From: Octopus sinensis | Lineage: Eukaryota | Reading direction: 5' to 3' | Assembly: GCF_006345805.1 (NCBI RefSeq) | Contig: NC_043008.1 | Location: 72,602,001-72,666,000, forward strand | Length of the DNA stretch: 64,000 nt | In this document: positions 51,494 through 64,000 of the stretch, piece after piece | How positions within the stretch are numbered: the first letter of the stretch is position 1 | Layout of the letters: each line of letters starts with the position of its first letter | Program-made: the position numbers and the translations under genes | The notes under the pieces: generated by a model | Databases searched by the model: none | Seen by the model: only the letters and a program-made list of their open reading frames with translations | Told to the model about the DNA's origin: nothing

Positions 51494-53834
51494 CTGACAT
51501 CATTTGAACAAAAAAAAAAGGAAGAAGCAAAAGAAAAACCATCAATTTCTAGCATGCATTGCTGACCATAATCCTTTCTTGTACAATGCAATCCATTCTG
51601 TAAATTTCATTGTGCCACATGAAAATTGAATCCCCCAATTCTCATTCTGTTGCATACATCCTCCCCTGCTCCACAGCTCTCCTCCTCTTACATAAAATCT
51701 CCCCAGCTCCCAAATCACATTTTGTCACATCATCATTAAAAATATTTAATCTAAACTTTAGGGGTAAAATTAATCAAAAAATGAAATACAGAAAAGGAAA
51801 GTAATATTATAATATGGCAATTGATATTTTTCCTGAGTACTATATGGTAGTGATGATACTAAGACTACACTTAGTGTTTATGGTATAGAATGTTGGACTA
51901 GGTGAGGAAAAATGATGGTAATATATTTGGTGTAGAAGACCATACATAAATAGTCACAAGACAGCATAGTTTCTATCATTAACCATTCTCTGAAATATAT
52001 GGAGAATATATGTTTCACTTCCCAGCTTTTAGCTGAAATGATATATAATAGAAATTGTTATTGTTATAGCCTTTGGTCTGCTCTAATCCAAAAGAGTTAG
52101 GATCAAATAGCTTCCCCATATTATCAGTCCCTCTATAATGTTTTTTTCAAGAAATAGTATGTCTTGGATTATATTATCTAATCTGTCCTCTACCGTTTAT
52201 TTGACTCTAAAATGTTGCAACCATTTTACAGAAAATTTGGGGAAATGACATGACATCTCTATAGTTTCATCAATTCAGGAACTGATTGTGATTGAATTCA
52301 AATCTACAAAGGCATTGTAACATTACAAGATAAAACACATCGTTTTCACTGTTTGAGTGGAGCTTACTAAACCACTATTAAGCTAAGTGGTCTGAGACAG
52401 TAACAGACTTCTGTTTCTCTTTGTTAGTAAACACAAATCAGATCTGGTAACAAAATAAAGACTTCTGGTCTCTGAAGATCAACAACTTCTGGACAATGCT
52501 TTCTACCCGCTGAGTTACCTCTTGCTCTTATAGACTTTGTTACGAGGGTCCTGGAGGTGATGATGCTATTAAGGGTCACTGTATTATGTAAACTTCCATG
52601 TATAATATTAGCAATTACGTCAAAACAGAGGAGTTAATTTACTCTTACTGGTCTGTCATGTTTGTTTGGATGTCAAAGATTACACACACACATGCTCACA
52701 CGCACACACACACACACAGACATACATACACACATACATACACACTGATATTCTAAAATTCAATTTTTAGAAATATATTTTCAAAAGATTAATAGGAAAA
52801 GAAAGTAAAAAAAAATTGTAAACTTAATCAGTTTAAATAAAATCTGAAAGACTTAAGTCTAACAAAGAAATGTTATTTCAACATGAAAATAAAAGACTAT
52901 AAAGTAAATGAATTCTTAGTATTACTGCTCAGCAGAAGGGCTAAAGTGGCTCTGTGGTGAACGGGGTACTATATATTGCATTTTCATAAGTTGTTAGTTC
53001 AAATCCATCGCAGGCACTTGATTATGTCTTTGGGATAGAGCCCATTATAATGTGGTTAGGCAAAAGCTAAAATAGAAATACATTAGGATAATTATAATAA
53101 AGTGCTTCAGTTTACCTAGTTGTCAATAGGTACCACCTACAGGTCATCTGTGAATGTTACAAGTGGTAAAGTAGTTATCCTATCCAGGACCAGATCTATT
53201 TTGCATGCACTTCATTCTATGAAATCAGAACTTAGCACTGGTTCTTTAGAAGAACTTTAAGTGGAAGGGATGCAAGGTGGAATTCATGGTTTTACATCTC
53301 CACCAAGTCTGGTTTCACCAGATAAAGAAAACATACATAATCACTGATACACATACACATGCACACACACACAACGATATGTACACACACACTCATGGAT
53401 ACACATACACACTGGCAAATACACATCTACAAACATACTTTATAATAGCATTGACTTTTGGCAAAGGAAACAAGATAAAAGTCATTTCTCCTTGATAACA
53501 TGTAATTATTCAGCAATGGAATCAGTCTCTTCCTTTGTCTGATATTTGTCATCAACTGATTTTTTATTAATTTTGTTACCATCATCATCATCATTACCAC
53601 CACCACCATCATTGTCATTAACGTCATCATCGTCAACATCATCATCATCATCATCATCGTCTTTATCATCACGTTTTATCTTTTTTTTTCTTGTTCATTT
53701 CTTTAATCATTCCTGCTTCATTTCTAATCTTTTTTAGTTCGCAATTATCATCATCATCACCACCATCAGCATCAACATTATCTCACTGTTACCTCATCTT
53801 CATCATTATCACCATTTCCACTATCATTATCATC

Positions 53835-54010
53835 ATCTTTTATTACCCATCTTCCATGCTGGCATGGGTCAGGCAGTTTGACAAAATGTAATAAAATCCA
53901 ACATGTTTGCGAACACCATTGTGCTCCAGTGTTTGCTTTTGGCATAGTTTCTACAGCTGGATCTCCTACCAAATACCAGTCACTTTACAGAACAAACTGG
54001 GTACCTTTTC
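53835..54010 (-). mobile_element. RTE-LINE 3'-end copy
   Basis: cttccatgctggcatgggtc..ggcatagtttctacagctggat. Confidence 0.6.
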
Positions 54011-56058
54011 CCCTTGTAAGGTTACCATGCAGTTCACAAGACAAAGATCCTCTTTGTCTTTGGCTTTACTTGAGTTTGGCTTTATTTCCTCATTACATTT
54101 ATCACTACTTCACCATCATCATTATCATCATCATCACCACCTCCACCTCCACCACCACTCAGCATTATTGCCAACCCACCATTATACGGCCTTCAGCATT
54201 ACTATCATCACCATCCACCATTACCACTGCCACACCCAACACCACCAGCAATTGTTGCTATTTGCTTCCATGATTAACACTTACTGTTACCACCATCACT
54301 GCCATCATCTTCAGCATCATACCACCACCATCACCACCATTAATATCACCAGCATCATCATCACCATCATTTATCAAGACTACCTTCATCATCATCAGCA
54401 TCATCGTCATCGTTGTCATCATCAACATCATCATCTATATCAACTGCTACAGCCGTTTTACTATTTTATTGTCAATGCTTTTTTTATTCCTATTTTAGTT
54501 GTTTTTCCATCTGTTCTTAATTTTATTTTCGTTGTTTTATTTTCTTTCGACTGTTAGTCTAGTTATATTTGATCTTTAATTGATCATCATGATGAAGATG
54601 ATTACACTATTGTTATTCTAAATGCAAAAGCCTCTCTAAGCTCACACCACCTCCAGTTTATCTTAGATTTTTTTTAGTGTGAAGTGGTTAGCAAATAAAT
54701 CTCCACTTGGATATGACACCAGTCTATTGTTGGTAACACTCCCTCATGAATCAATACAATTTTAAGTAATTTCAGTAGGTTTCATATAAAGTGTGAACAG
54801 CAAAAGAGGGAGTGAAAGAGAAAAGGAGGAAAGAAAGAAAGGGGGAAGAGAGATAGGGAAGGAGAGAGAGAAGAAGGAAGAGAGAGTACTCACTAGAGTA
54901 TGGACAGTTATGGACAGTTTTATCAGAGGATCTGGTGGTACTTCTTGATATCTAGAAGCCTTGTGGTAATGTGGAATACAGTGTAATGCTTAAATAACCA
55001 ACAACAAAATATTTACAATGGATTTGAACCAAAGATTTATGAGATTGTAGTACAATATGTTTTCAGCTATGTTAGGATATTTGTCAATGGTTGATCACCC
55101 TCATTGACCTTTGCTTCTAAAAAGACCCCAACTTTTGTCAACTGCATCAATGCCATCTACTTCTCCAGAGAACTACTTGCTCATTTTATCTCTTTCATCA
55201 ACAGTTTCCACCTTTCATTAGAATTTCACTATCTCGGAGTCTTATGTCAGCTTCCTTGACATATATCTTAATATTGACTACACCCACGCACAGCCTCAAA
55301 CTCATACATTCTATCTTAACTGTTCTTCTTCACATCTGACATCTATCAAATCTGCCATTGTTCTCACTGTATTATTAACTCTGCCATAACAAAGACTTAG
55401 ACTTCTACGATAAATCAGAGCATTGGCTCTACTTCTTTACATAGGATTACAAAAGTAAGAAATACAAATTTATTTATTCTACATACTCCAGTGACTCAAA
55501 TGTGGATTCACATATTGATGTTTTGCTATTGTCAACAACTGTCTATCACCATTTGTTCTGATATCAACAGATAGATGTACACCATCAATGTCCAAAGCAG
55601 TCAATTAGTGAATTAACCCATGTATTCACCCAGGCACACACTGGATGTGCATACATCATCACCTTCTAAATCAGTCGACTAGTATGCCAAATTCATCATC
55701 CCAAACCAATCAGAAACTCATTCCAGTGCTATATTAATCTTTCAACTTATAAACCGACCATATCTGGCCAAAATATTCCACCTGTTTTATGTTGAAACCA
55801 GCGAAATACAGCCTATCACACCTACCTTTCAATGTCATTATGAAAATATACAATTGCATTATCAAAATTTCAAAGCTACAAGATAAAGCATGATCAATTC
55901 AAAACAATGTGAATAAATAAGTATTACTTTTGACAGAGTAATCTGAAAGTTAAAGGGTTGAATAAGCATTGCTGATATGAAATGCATTTGTGGAAAAGGT
56001 TACCAGCTGATATTTTGGTAGTAGTTGTTGGGTATTTAGTAAAGAGATTTAGTACCAG

Positions 56059-56360
56059 ATTGCAGTGAATCTGAATGTGGCTGATGCCAGCACCGCCTTG
56101 ACTGGTGTCCGTGCCAGTGGTACGTAAAAGCACCAACCAATCGTGGCCATTGCTAGCCTCCTCTGGCCCCTGTGCCGGTGGCACGTAAAAAGCACCCACT
56201 ACACTCATGGAGTGGTTGGCATTAGGAAGGGCATCCAGCTGTAGAAACACTGCCAGATCAGCCTGGATCCTGGTGCAGCCACCTGGCTTCCCAGACCCTG
56301 GTCAAACCGTCCAACCCATGCTAGCATTGAAAACGGACGTTAAACGATGATGATGATGAT
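56059..56360 (+). mobile_element. Young RTE-LINE 3'-UTR copy with (GAT)n tail and 7-nt candidate TSD
   Basis: High identity to the reverse complement of 520-805; GTACCAG at 56052-56058 and 56361-56367. Confidence 0.85.
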
Positions 56361-57190
56361 GTACCAGTTGTCACAGTGTTTCTGGTAGTTGTAGAGGTGG
56401 TAGTAATGGCAAACCTAGGAGTGAGAGACAGGAGACAAGTTAAGAAGGATGAAGGCATAAGTGATGGAAAACAAACCCATCATACAAGGACAGCATGTCA
56501 ACACCAAAATCATCAATTTATATACACTTTTTATCAATCCATATATCACCATACAAAACAGGGACCAGCTCAACAATCATAGCCCAAGCTTGTTGAGCTC
56601 TCACTTGAACAACTATGAGCTCACCAGGCAAACCTTTTACCAACAGCTCAGATATACATTTATTTTCAAAAATCATCAGTTTTCCTTGTACAAATCTGTA
56701 CAACAACCTATTCTCTTCACAAACTGGCCCAGTGCTCATGTTTAATACAACTGCCTGGAACATAAAATTATATATGCATGTTTACTGCTGAGACACAGGT
56801 GTCTCTAGAATACAGACCTACTTGTATGAAAGCACACACTTCCTGCTAACACAAGCATCATACAGCAAAGTTTGTAGCAGTTATGGTGGTAGTGGTAGAC
56901 AGTAAAAATATCTACTATGGATGTAAACAGGCCACTGAAAACAAAAGAACAGCATTGAACCCATCGAATAAGATAAATATTTACCAGGAATCATCATAAC
57001 ACTGAATAATCATAAGTTCAACCATCATAATTCCAACTAGCAGTGATGTGGCCCAGCTCACACAAGATCTACTATGAACTCACATGATGGGTTTTATTTA
57101 TTACCAACTCAAATTACCTGACCTCTTCATGACCTACAATTTCACCAATAGTATCCAAGCTACTGACCTGTAAGTACACTTTCTTCCCTC

Positions 57191-57234
<44 letters not shown>

Positions 57235-57449
57235 ACATGAACATATGCAACACAACAAAAAGCAGAAAAAAAAGGCATGCACAATCCTGCAGTCATGTTC
57301 ATCTTGGTAAAGTCCACTCCTTTAAGTTGTAACATTCATTTCTAATGTATTATTTCAATTTATTGAAGTCTCATATCATATATACTGCTTATAACATTTA
57401 GTGTTGCTACAGCAGAGAATGTACACAAAACCATTTTAAATGTTGTCCC

Positions 57450-57990
57450 ACAGCTTTGTTACTTTGGTTAGATTTGTAGTTCTCTACACCTAAATTGGTT
57501 GTTGGTGCCACCCTCTCCCAGTGTAATCACTACCTTACTGGTGCACACATAGACTTCTGTTACATCCCCTGTAATCTTCATTCCAATTCAGAAATACCCC
57601 TGATTTTTACCAATTCATTCCCCCTCCCATTCTATAGTGACAAACTTTTACCTGAAATATTGAACAAGATGTTCTCTGTTCCCATCTGTTATCTGCATTG
57701 AACATTCAAATATGTTTTTCTTTAGATGCCATACTGTATCTTTCATACCATCCTGGCCTTAAGATTTAATCCCACACTATCTATCATTCAGTTGGCACCT
57801 GGAGGAAATGAAGTGTTCTTTTGAAAAAAAATCTATCACTTTCAAGTCATTGTTTGTAGACTATTCAATGAATTTAGTTTGCACCTGGTGACTCCTTTCA
57901 TATCCATTTTTTACCTATCTTTAAGCCCTTCACTTGCTACATCTTCACCTTTCACACTCCATCTTCTTCCTCACCTGTCTTTTAATTTGG
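57450..57990 (+). mobile_element. Decayed PLE GIY-YIG region related to 4325-6865
   Basis: FCYIPCNLH resembles VTYCNSCSLC; downstream gaatttagtttgcacc resembles the ELIF.L..P.GLN end. Confidence 0.35.
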
Positions 57991-58714
57991 TAAATGGTCT
58001 ACTTGGTCCAGTAACTATCTGTAATATTTATGAATGTGTGTGTATGTGTGTGTTTAAGGTATGCACATGTGAGTTTATTATATGCAGGTATACATGTGTA
58101 TTTGTGTGAATTTGTGCTAAGTATGTCTGTATATAAATGTTTATATGTAAGTGAATTATGTTCATAAACGTGTGTTTATATGTATGTGTATTATGTTCAT
58201 AAATATGTGTGTGTGTATGTAATGACACATACACATACATTAATAATTCTATATCTAAATTCTTTCAAATCTTTTCTGTGCCCTCTCCTCTTTCTCTCCT
58301 TGTAAGTATCATTTCATCATCATCTTCCCCCACCCCTATAAAATCCAATTTGAACCTATTCAATCCAATTCTTACTTCCTCACTAACAGAGGGCACTCAC
58401 TACACAGAAACCAATTTTATTTTGTGAATTTATAGAACCAGTTCAATTCATCATCTTATGTATACCCACAACTCTGATGTTAAATCTGCAGATTCTATTG
58501 TCAGTTTGTCTGCATACACCTCCTTATACATCTGTGACCTTCTGCTAATGGAACACATACACACACACTCACACACAAAACTGTCTTATGCTAGAATATA
58601 TACCCTACAACTTTATACATAGAAATCTACATCCGTATAAACACTCAGGTTGAAATAATTTGAAATACCTATTATACAAACATACATTCACATAGATGTC
58701 AAATGATGTTGGTG

Positions 58715-58727
58715 AATATATACATAC

Positions 58728-58814
<87 letters not shown>

Positions 58815-58855
58815 GTATATATGTATATATATATATGTATATGTATATATGTATA

Positions 58856-58916
<61 letters not shown>

Positions 58917-58980
58917 ATGTACATATATGTATATATGTATATGTTTATATACATATATATATATATATTATATGTATATG

Positions 58981-59019
<39 letters not shown>

Positions 59020-59156
59020 GTATATGCATGTATATATATGTATGTATAAATATGTATGTATATATATGTATGTATATATGTATATATAAATATATAATAT
59101 ATATATATATATCTATATATATATATAATATATATATATATATATAGATATATATA

Positions 59157-59187
<31 letters not shown>

Positions 59188-59330
59188 AATATATATATAT
59201 GTGTATATATCTAAATATATATATGTATATATCTAAATATATATATATATATATATAAATATATATATATATAAATATGTGTGCATACATATATATCTAG
59301 ATGCACACACACACATATATATATATAAAC
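58715..59330. repeat. Long degenerate (TA)n/(TATG)n array
   Basis: Direct reading. Confidence 0.95.
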
Positions 59331-59714
59331 ATACATATATGCATAGACATATGAGAAAAACCAAGTGGTATTAATCTAGGATGTATATATATACAATTTT
59401 ATAACCACATAATTATACACACAGTTACATTAAGCTATCATATAGGTGTGTATGTGTGTGTGTATATATGCATGCAGGCGTATGTGTGTGCATAGAAACC
59501 AAATGTTATTAATCTAGACGTTAATACATATCCTAAGCAGTTTTCACCAAATTATCCAAAGTGCTGTGCATAAAAACCTCATAAATCTTTAAGCAATTGT
59601 CATTAAGTTGTCATTATTCTTGCTCTAAGAAACATTTAAATTGCAAATCATGAATTTTATAATGCAGTCCATATAATGTTGTATGTATGTCTGTGTGCAT
59701 ATGCATGCACGTGC

Positions 59715-59715
59715 A

Positions 59716-59799
<84 letters not shown>

Positions 59800-59940
59800 T
59801 GTGTGTGTGTGTGTGCACGCTTGCATATGTTTGCTTGTTGACTTACACTTCTCTGCAGATATATATGTACACATACATACATACTTAGATACATACATAC
59901 ATGCATACATACATACATATATATACACACACACATACAC

Positions 59941-59971
<31 letters not shown>

Positions 59972-59988
59972 CATACACACACACACAC

Positions 59989-60028
<40 letters not shown>

Positions 60029-60030
60029 CA
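59715..60030. repeat. (TG)n, (CATA)n, (CA)n, (TA)n compound microsatellite
   Basis: Direct reading. Confidence 0.95.
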
Positions 60031-61625
60031 GGGAAGATAGACACAGGTGTTTCAGTTAATATCTGAATACCCAAAGGGTTTCTGCTCTCACTACCATCAA
60101 CAATTACAGAATGAGAGCTACATTAGTCTCAGAAGGCCTATAAATGCCGTGATATAGTATGGGTGTTATCCCTTCTCTTGAAACTCATAATGAATGACAA
60201 CGAAAGCTTATTAACTATTTTAATGAGATATTACTGAGATACTGATTTTTATTTTTTTGTTCGTTTACATTTCCACAGACCAGAATTGTTTGGAAGTATA
60301 TGATATTCAACCAAATTATTGTAACCAGAATATAACTGGTACATATTTTATTGACTCAGGAAAGAATGTGATACAGTTTTAACTTAAGCAGTATCTGAAC
60401 TCAGAATATTTTTTGTCATGGTCCACGATTTCATCCATACATTTAAATTATAGTTGATTGACTATTTTAATTTTATACAGCTGGGTAGCTATTCACAACA
60501 TCAATGAATGTTTAATTCACTTTTTCCTCTATGAAGTTTTGTCTAAAAACCTCTAGAAAGCTGAAAATATCTGATGCTGTCTCTGTCCACTCCTGGAATA
60601 AATTTTCATTTCCCTCTGATTTTTAATTATCTTTCTAATACAGTAAGTCTATAACAGATGTCTCTGCAAAAATACTGTAGCAACTGAGCTATGTATGCCT
60701 CAAGTATATTATATAGATAGTTATAGTTGAATTTAACCACCTCAATATGCAGCCTTGTGTATGGTGTATTTAGCTATGTTAGTGTATGGCATGTGAAGGA
60801 AGGAGAGTGCCTTAGCCAAAGGCTGCTAATTACTTTTCAGACCAGTTTGTCTTACATGGTCCCAGTTCTCACTTGTATTATCAAAAGATGTCTGAATGCA
60901 GCAGTGCACTATCTCCCAAGTTACGACATTGGCAGGCTGCTCCAACCAAATTGAAGGTAGCCATCATGTTTTAAACTCTTGGAGAAATTCCTTAACCAAG
61001 CAATGATTAGATTTTTGGTGGCCTTTAAACAGGAAATCCATCAATCAATAGCCCATATTTCAACTAGCCAAAACGTGATAGGCGGCATCATTGTTTTGGG
61101 ATGCATACTATAAAGTATGGTGATACAAATACGCCAACCTACTCATTTCCTTGCATTTCTCATACGCCCCCAGTTATCAGAGACAAGAGGATGGAGCTGG
61201 TTGTTCAGCATAGACATCATTTCCTATAACCCAAATCTAGTATAAGTCAAGACAATGAAAAGTTCTCATGATGATGGGGTGAGGGAGTGCAGCAAGTTCA
61301 ACAAGTGAGGATGCATCTAAGTTGCAACTGCAAACTTGCACACCATAGGCAGTTCAAGCCATAGGGTTACACTTCAAGGAACCAAAGCAACAGAAGAGTG
61401 TGACAGCTCCCAAATAATCTTTTGTTTAAGATCCTGCTTTTCTCCTCCACAACCTGAGGATGGGAACCAAAAGTGGTGCCTTGAATTCAGACAGCTTCAT
61501 TTAAAACCAGCTGACAGTCATGAGGAGGATACACCAATCTGTGGGGTTGATAAAGAGCATTAAGAGGATAACATTAGCACATTATTTACATTTGACGGAT
61601 ATATCCTCATCTTGTTTCTTGTTAA

Positions 61626-61666
61626 TACGTTTCGGCTGATATACCCTCCAGCCTTCATCAGGTGTC
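61626..61666 (-). ncRNA. Minimal HHR motif (left arm), stem I 3' strand deleted
   Basis: GACAC-CTGATGA-A-GGCTG-GAGGGTATAT-CAGCC-GAAAC-GTA-TTAAC. Confidence 0.6.
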
Positions 61667-62114
61667 TTGGGGAAATTTCGAACCTGGGTTCTCATTCCTA
61701 AGGTATTTTTCGATGTTATTATTATTGTTGTTATTATTATTATACAGGTCACTGCCTGGAATTGAACTTGGAATGTTGGGGTTAATAGCTAGCACGTGGG
61801 CAATTATGGAGTGAATTTTGGGGCTTATAAGCCTAATATTTCCTATCCTTCCTTAATACCAGTTCCCATATGCTATTCATATTTGTACTCAGTCTGCTTA
61901 GAAGGTTGTTGTGTCCTAGCATATGTGCTGTTTCTTTTTAGGCAGAGAACACGACTGGAAAGTATGAAAAGCAGCACATATGTTAGGACACAACAACCTC
62001 CTAAGCAGGACCGAGTGCAAATATGAATAGTATATGGGAACTGGTATTAAGGAAGGATAGGAAATATTAGACTTATAAGCCCCAAAATTCACTCCATAAT
62101 TGCCCACAGGCATA

Positions 62115-62125
62115 TGGTATAGTGG
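62115..62125 (+). promoter_or_regulatory. Pol III A-box of a tRNA-like head (matching B-box survives only in the left arm, 61758-61767 minus)
   Basis: TGGTATAGTGG fits the A-box consensus; GTTCAATTCC fits the B-box. Confidence 0.55.
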
Positions 62126-62170
62126 TTAAGAGTGCTGGCTACTAACCCCAGAATTCCAGGCAATAACCTG

Positions 62171-62208
<38 letters not shown>

Positions 62209-62242
62209 CAAAAATTACCTTAGGAATGAGAACCCAGGTTCT

Positions 62243-62283
62243 CTGATGAAGGCTGAAGGGTATATCAGCCGAAACATTGTGTT
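62243..62283 (+). ncRNA. Minimal HHR motif (right arm), stem I 5' strand deleted
   Basis: CTGATGA-A-GGCTGA-AGGGTATA-TCAGCC-GAAAC-ATT-GTGTT. Confidence 0.6.
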
Positions 62284-62382
62284 AACAATGAACAAGATGA
62301 GGACAAATGTCCATCAAATGTAATTAATATAAATAATGTACATAATTCCTCATCTCTTAAATATAGAACTGATAGCATTAGC

Positions 62383-63100
62383 TTTACTATTAAGTTGCAC
62401 ATTATATGAAATCTTGATGGCATAGCTGAAGGAGTTGAAAATTGCCTGATTATACCCCAAGCTTGAAGGGATCCTATCTGCCATCCTTAACTCAAAGAAA
62501 ATTATTTTACTTAGCGACTTCAATATCAAGGTTGACACCAACCACAAGTACTAGGAGAGACAGACATAGGCAGGTATGGCATCAAAAGCTGTAATCTGTT
62601 TGTTAGACCTATTCATAGACTGTTCACCACCAACACTATCTTCCATCTGTTCAAACTTTTCAAGAACTAGTATTTGCTATACAAAATCGCTGTTAGGAGG
62701 AAAGCTGTGTGAGTGACAAGGGCCATGTGCCACACAGAATGAAAGACAGTTGATTGTGTGGTTATGTTGCAAAAACCCTGCGTATTCAATAAGAGAAAAC
62801 CCTAGGATCAGAAGTCTGGCTTGAGCTTAAGCGTCTAAGACCAGAGAATCTTAACCAATTCTGTCACATACTTGAGTTTAGAACACATTGAGACTATGCT
62901 GTACTGAGAAACTTTGGGCCCTTCTCAAAAACAATGTCTACTAAGCTTCCTGAGGATACACTAGATTAGCTAATTTCACTCATGAGAATGGTGAAGAATT
63001 CCAAACTCTGCTAGTTGAGAAGAATCAGTATCTTACATCCAATCAAAGTGATCCCTCAAAGCAACTGAAAAGGCAGCCATCACTGAGATCTCACACAACG
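62383..63100 (+). mobile_element. Decayed RTE (BovB-like) endonuclease region; probably continues left of 61567
   Basis: KKIILLSDFNIKVD resembles LILLGDFNARVG. Confidence 0.5.
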
Positions 63101-63179
63101 AACTCACAGCTTCCCTCAGAATTGCTAGCCTCATTACTAAATTATCAAGAAATATTATAATTATTATTATTCCACCTAA

Positions 63180-63300
63180 GTCGACTTTGCTTTACATTCT
63201 TTCAGGGTTGGTAAAATAACATACCAATCAAGTACTGGATTCAATGTAATTGATTAGGCACTTCCTCAAAAATTTCAGACATTGTTCCTTTATGCCTATA
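63180..63300 (+). mobile_element. SINE family 2, 3' part
   Basis: gtcgactttgctttacattctttcagggttggtaaaataacatacc..tactggattcaatgtaattga. Confidence 0.5.
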
Positions 63301-63393
63301 GTAGAAAGGGTTGTTATTATTATCGTTATCATTATTCAAGATGTCGTACAATATCCAATATCATGATGTTATTGATTTAATATATTGTCTTTA

Positions 63394-63431
<38 letters not shown>

Positions 63432-63847
63432 ATGTTTGACTTTTGCTTTGTATTTGTACAAGTTGGCTCCAAGTCTCACCTAGAGACCTCAAGAGACAAC
63501 AAATTAGAAGTTCGTGTTAGTGTTATGCCTAGGGTGTCATTTACTTTTGAACATAATATTGTTCTAGAGAACGTTTAAGGAAACAAGAAAATTATATACC
63601 TTTTCACATTTTTTCCACTAAAAACTTTCCTGATTACATACTTTGTAATCCTAAAAAACATCATAACCATTAGTCAAGCCATTTAACTCTGAAAAGGGGA
63701 CAGACAGATAGACATAATGCTCATTATAGTAAGAAGTTAACTTACTTCCCTTTGCTTCTTTTATTAGATATCTCCCCCTTAATTTTTATTTACTTTTTTT
63801 ACACCTGTAAACAGAACAATTGCCCTCAATATCCACTTCATTATTAT

Positions 63848-64000
63848 TGAGTGAGAGACCAATACATACCATCAAAGATACACTGGAGTAAAATATATGA
63901 AGCCCAGTATACAAATCATGACTATCCATCTGATAAAGGTAAACCAGCCACATACATCACAGTCAAATGTACATGACATGGTGATTTCATATCAAGATAA
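63848..64000 (+). repeat. Interspersed repeat X, 5' part (runs off the window)
   Basis: ttgagtgagagaccaatacataccatcaaaga..atatgaagcccagtat is homologous to 32975-33045. Confidence 0.6.

Larger units (their letters stand above)
61579..62370. mobile_element. Fold-back element: two divergent tRNA-head/(AAT)n/HHR units around a ~140-bp hairpin, 12-nt candidate TSD
   Basis: 61796-61933 pairs with 61968-62107 (about 8 differences); 61579-61795 pairs with 62108-62340; GATAACATTAGC (61567-78) and GATAGCATTAGC (62371-82) flank it. Confidence 0.85.

Noticed and set aside
53427-54557. His-rich and Met-rich ORFs (216 aa and 81 aa)
   Set aside because: (CAT)n/(CAC)n degenerate trinucleotide array plus an RTE tail copy.
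62108-62165. Possible tRNA gene
   Set aside because: The B-box is deleted in this arm and no acceptor stem closes; it is a SINE-type head.

Overview
AT-rich, microsatellite-dense animal genomic DNA, most likely Octopus/cephalopod. That assignment is an inference from the (TA)n/(CAT)n/(ATT)n load, the tRNA-derived SINE families and an RTE LINE with a (GAT)n tail. No host protein-coding gene can be supported; only weak micro-exon candidates exist, and most of the ORF track is microsatellite or antisense-TE artefact. The window is a layered transposon graveyard: a near-intact, 5'-truncated RTE LINE (520-3838, minus) whose ORF carries a PHD-type zinc finger inside the RT region; many short copies of its 3' end; several Penelope-like elements (PLEs); two R4/Dong-like RLE LINE remnants; BovB-like RTE remnants; mariner remnants; and several SINE families. 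The most striking unexplained structure is a recurring class of fold-back (inverted-duplication) elements at 7700-8662, 10185-10474, 13911-14280, 43163-43546 and 61579-62370. Three have 34-51 nt loops and carry hammerhead-ribozyme (HHR) motifs in both arms, from three unrelated sequence families: one copy with a fully canonical catalytic core (14140-14256), one family with a compensatory U3-A8 core, and one fused to a tRNA-like Pol III head and inserted as a single unit with a 12-nt candidate target-site duplication. All alignments, folds and translations were done by eye.
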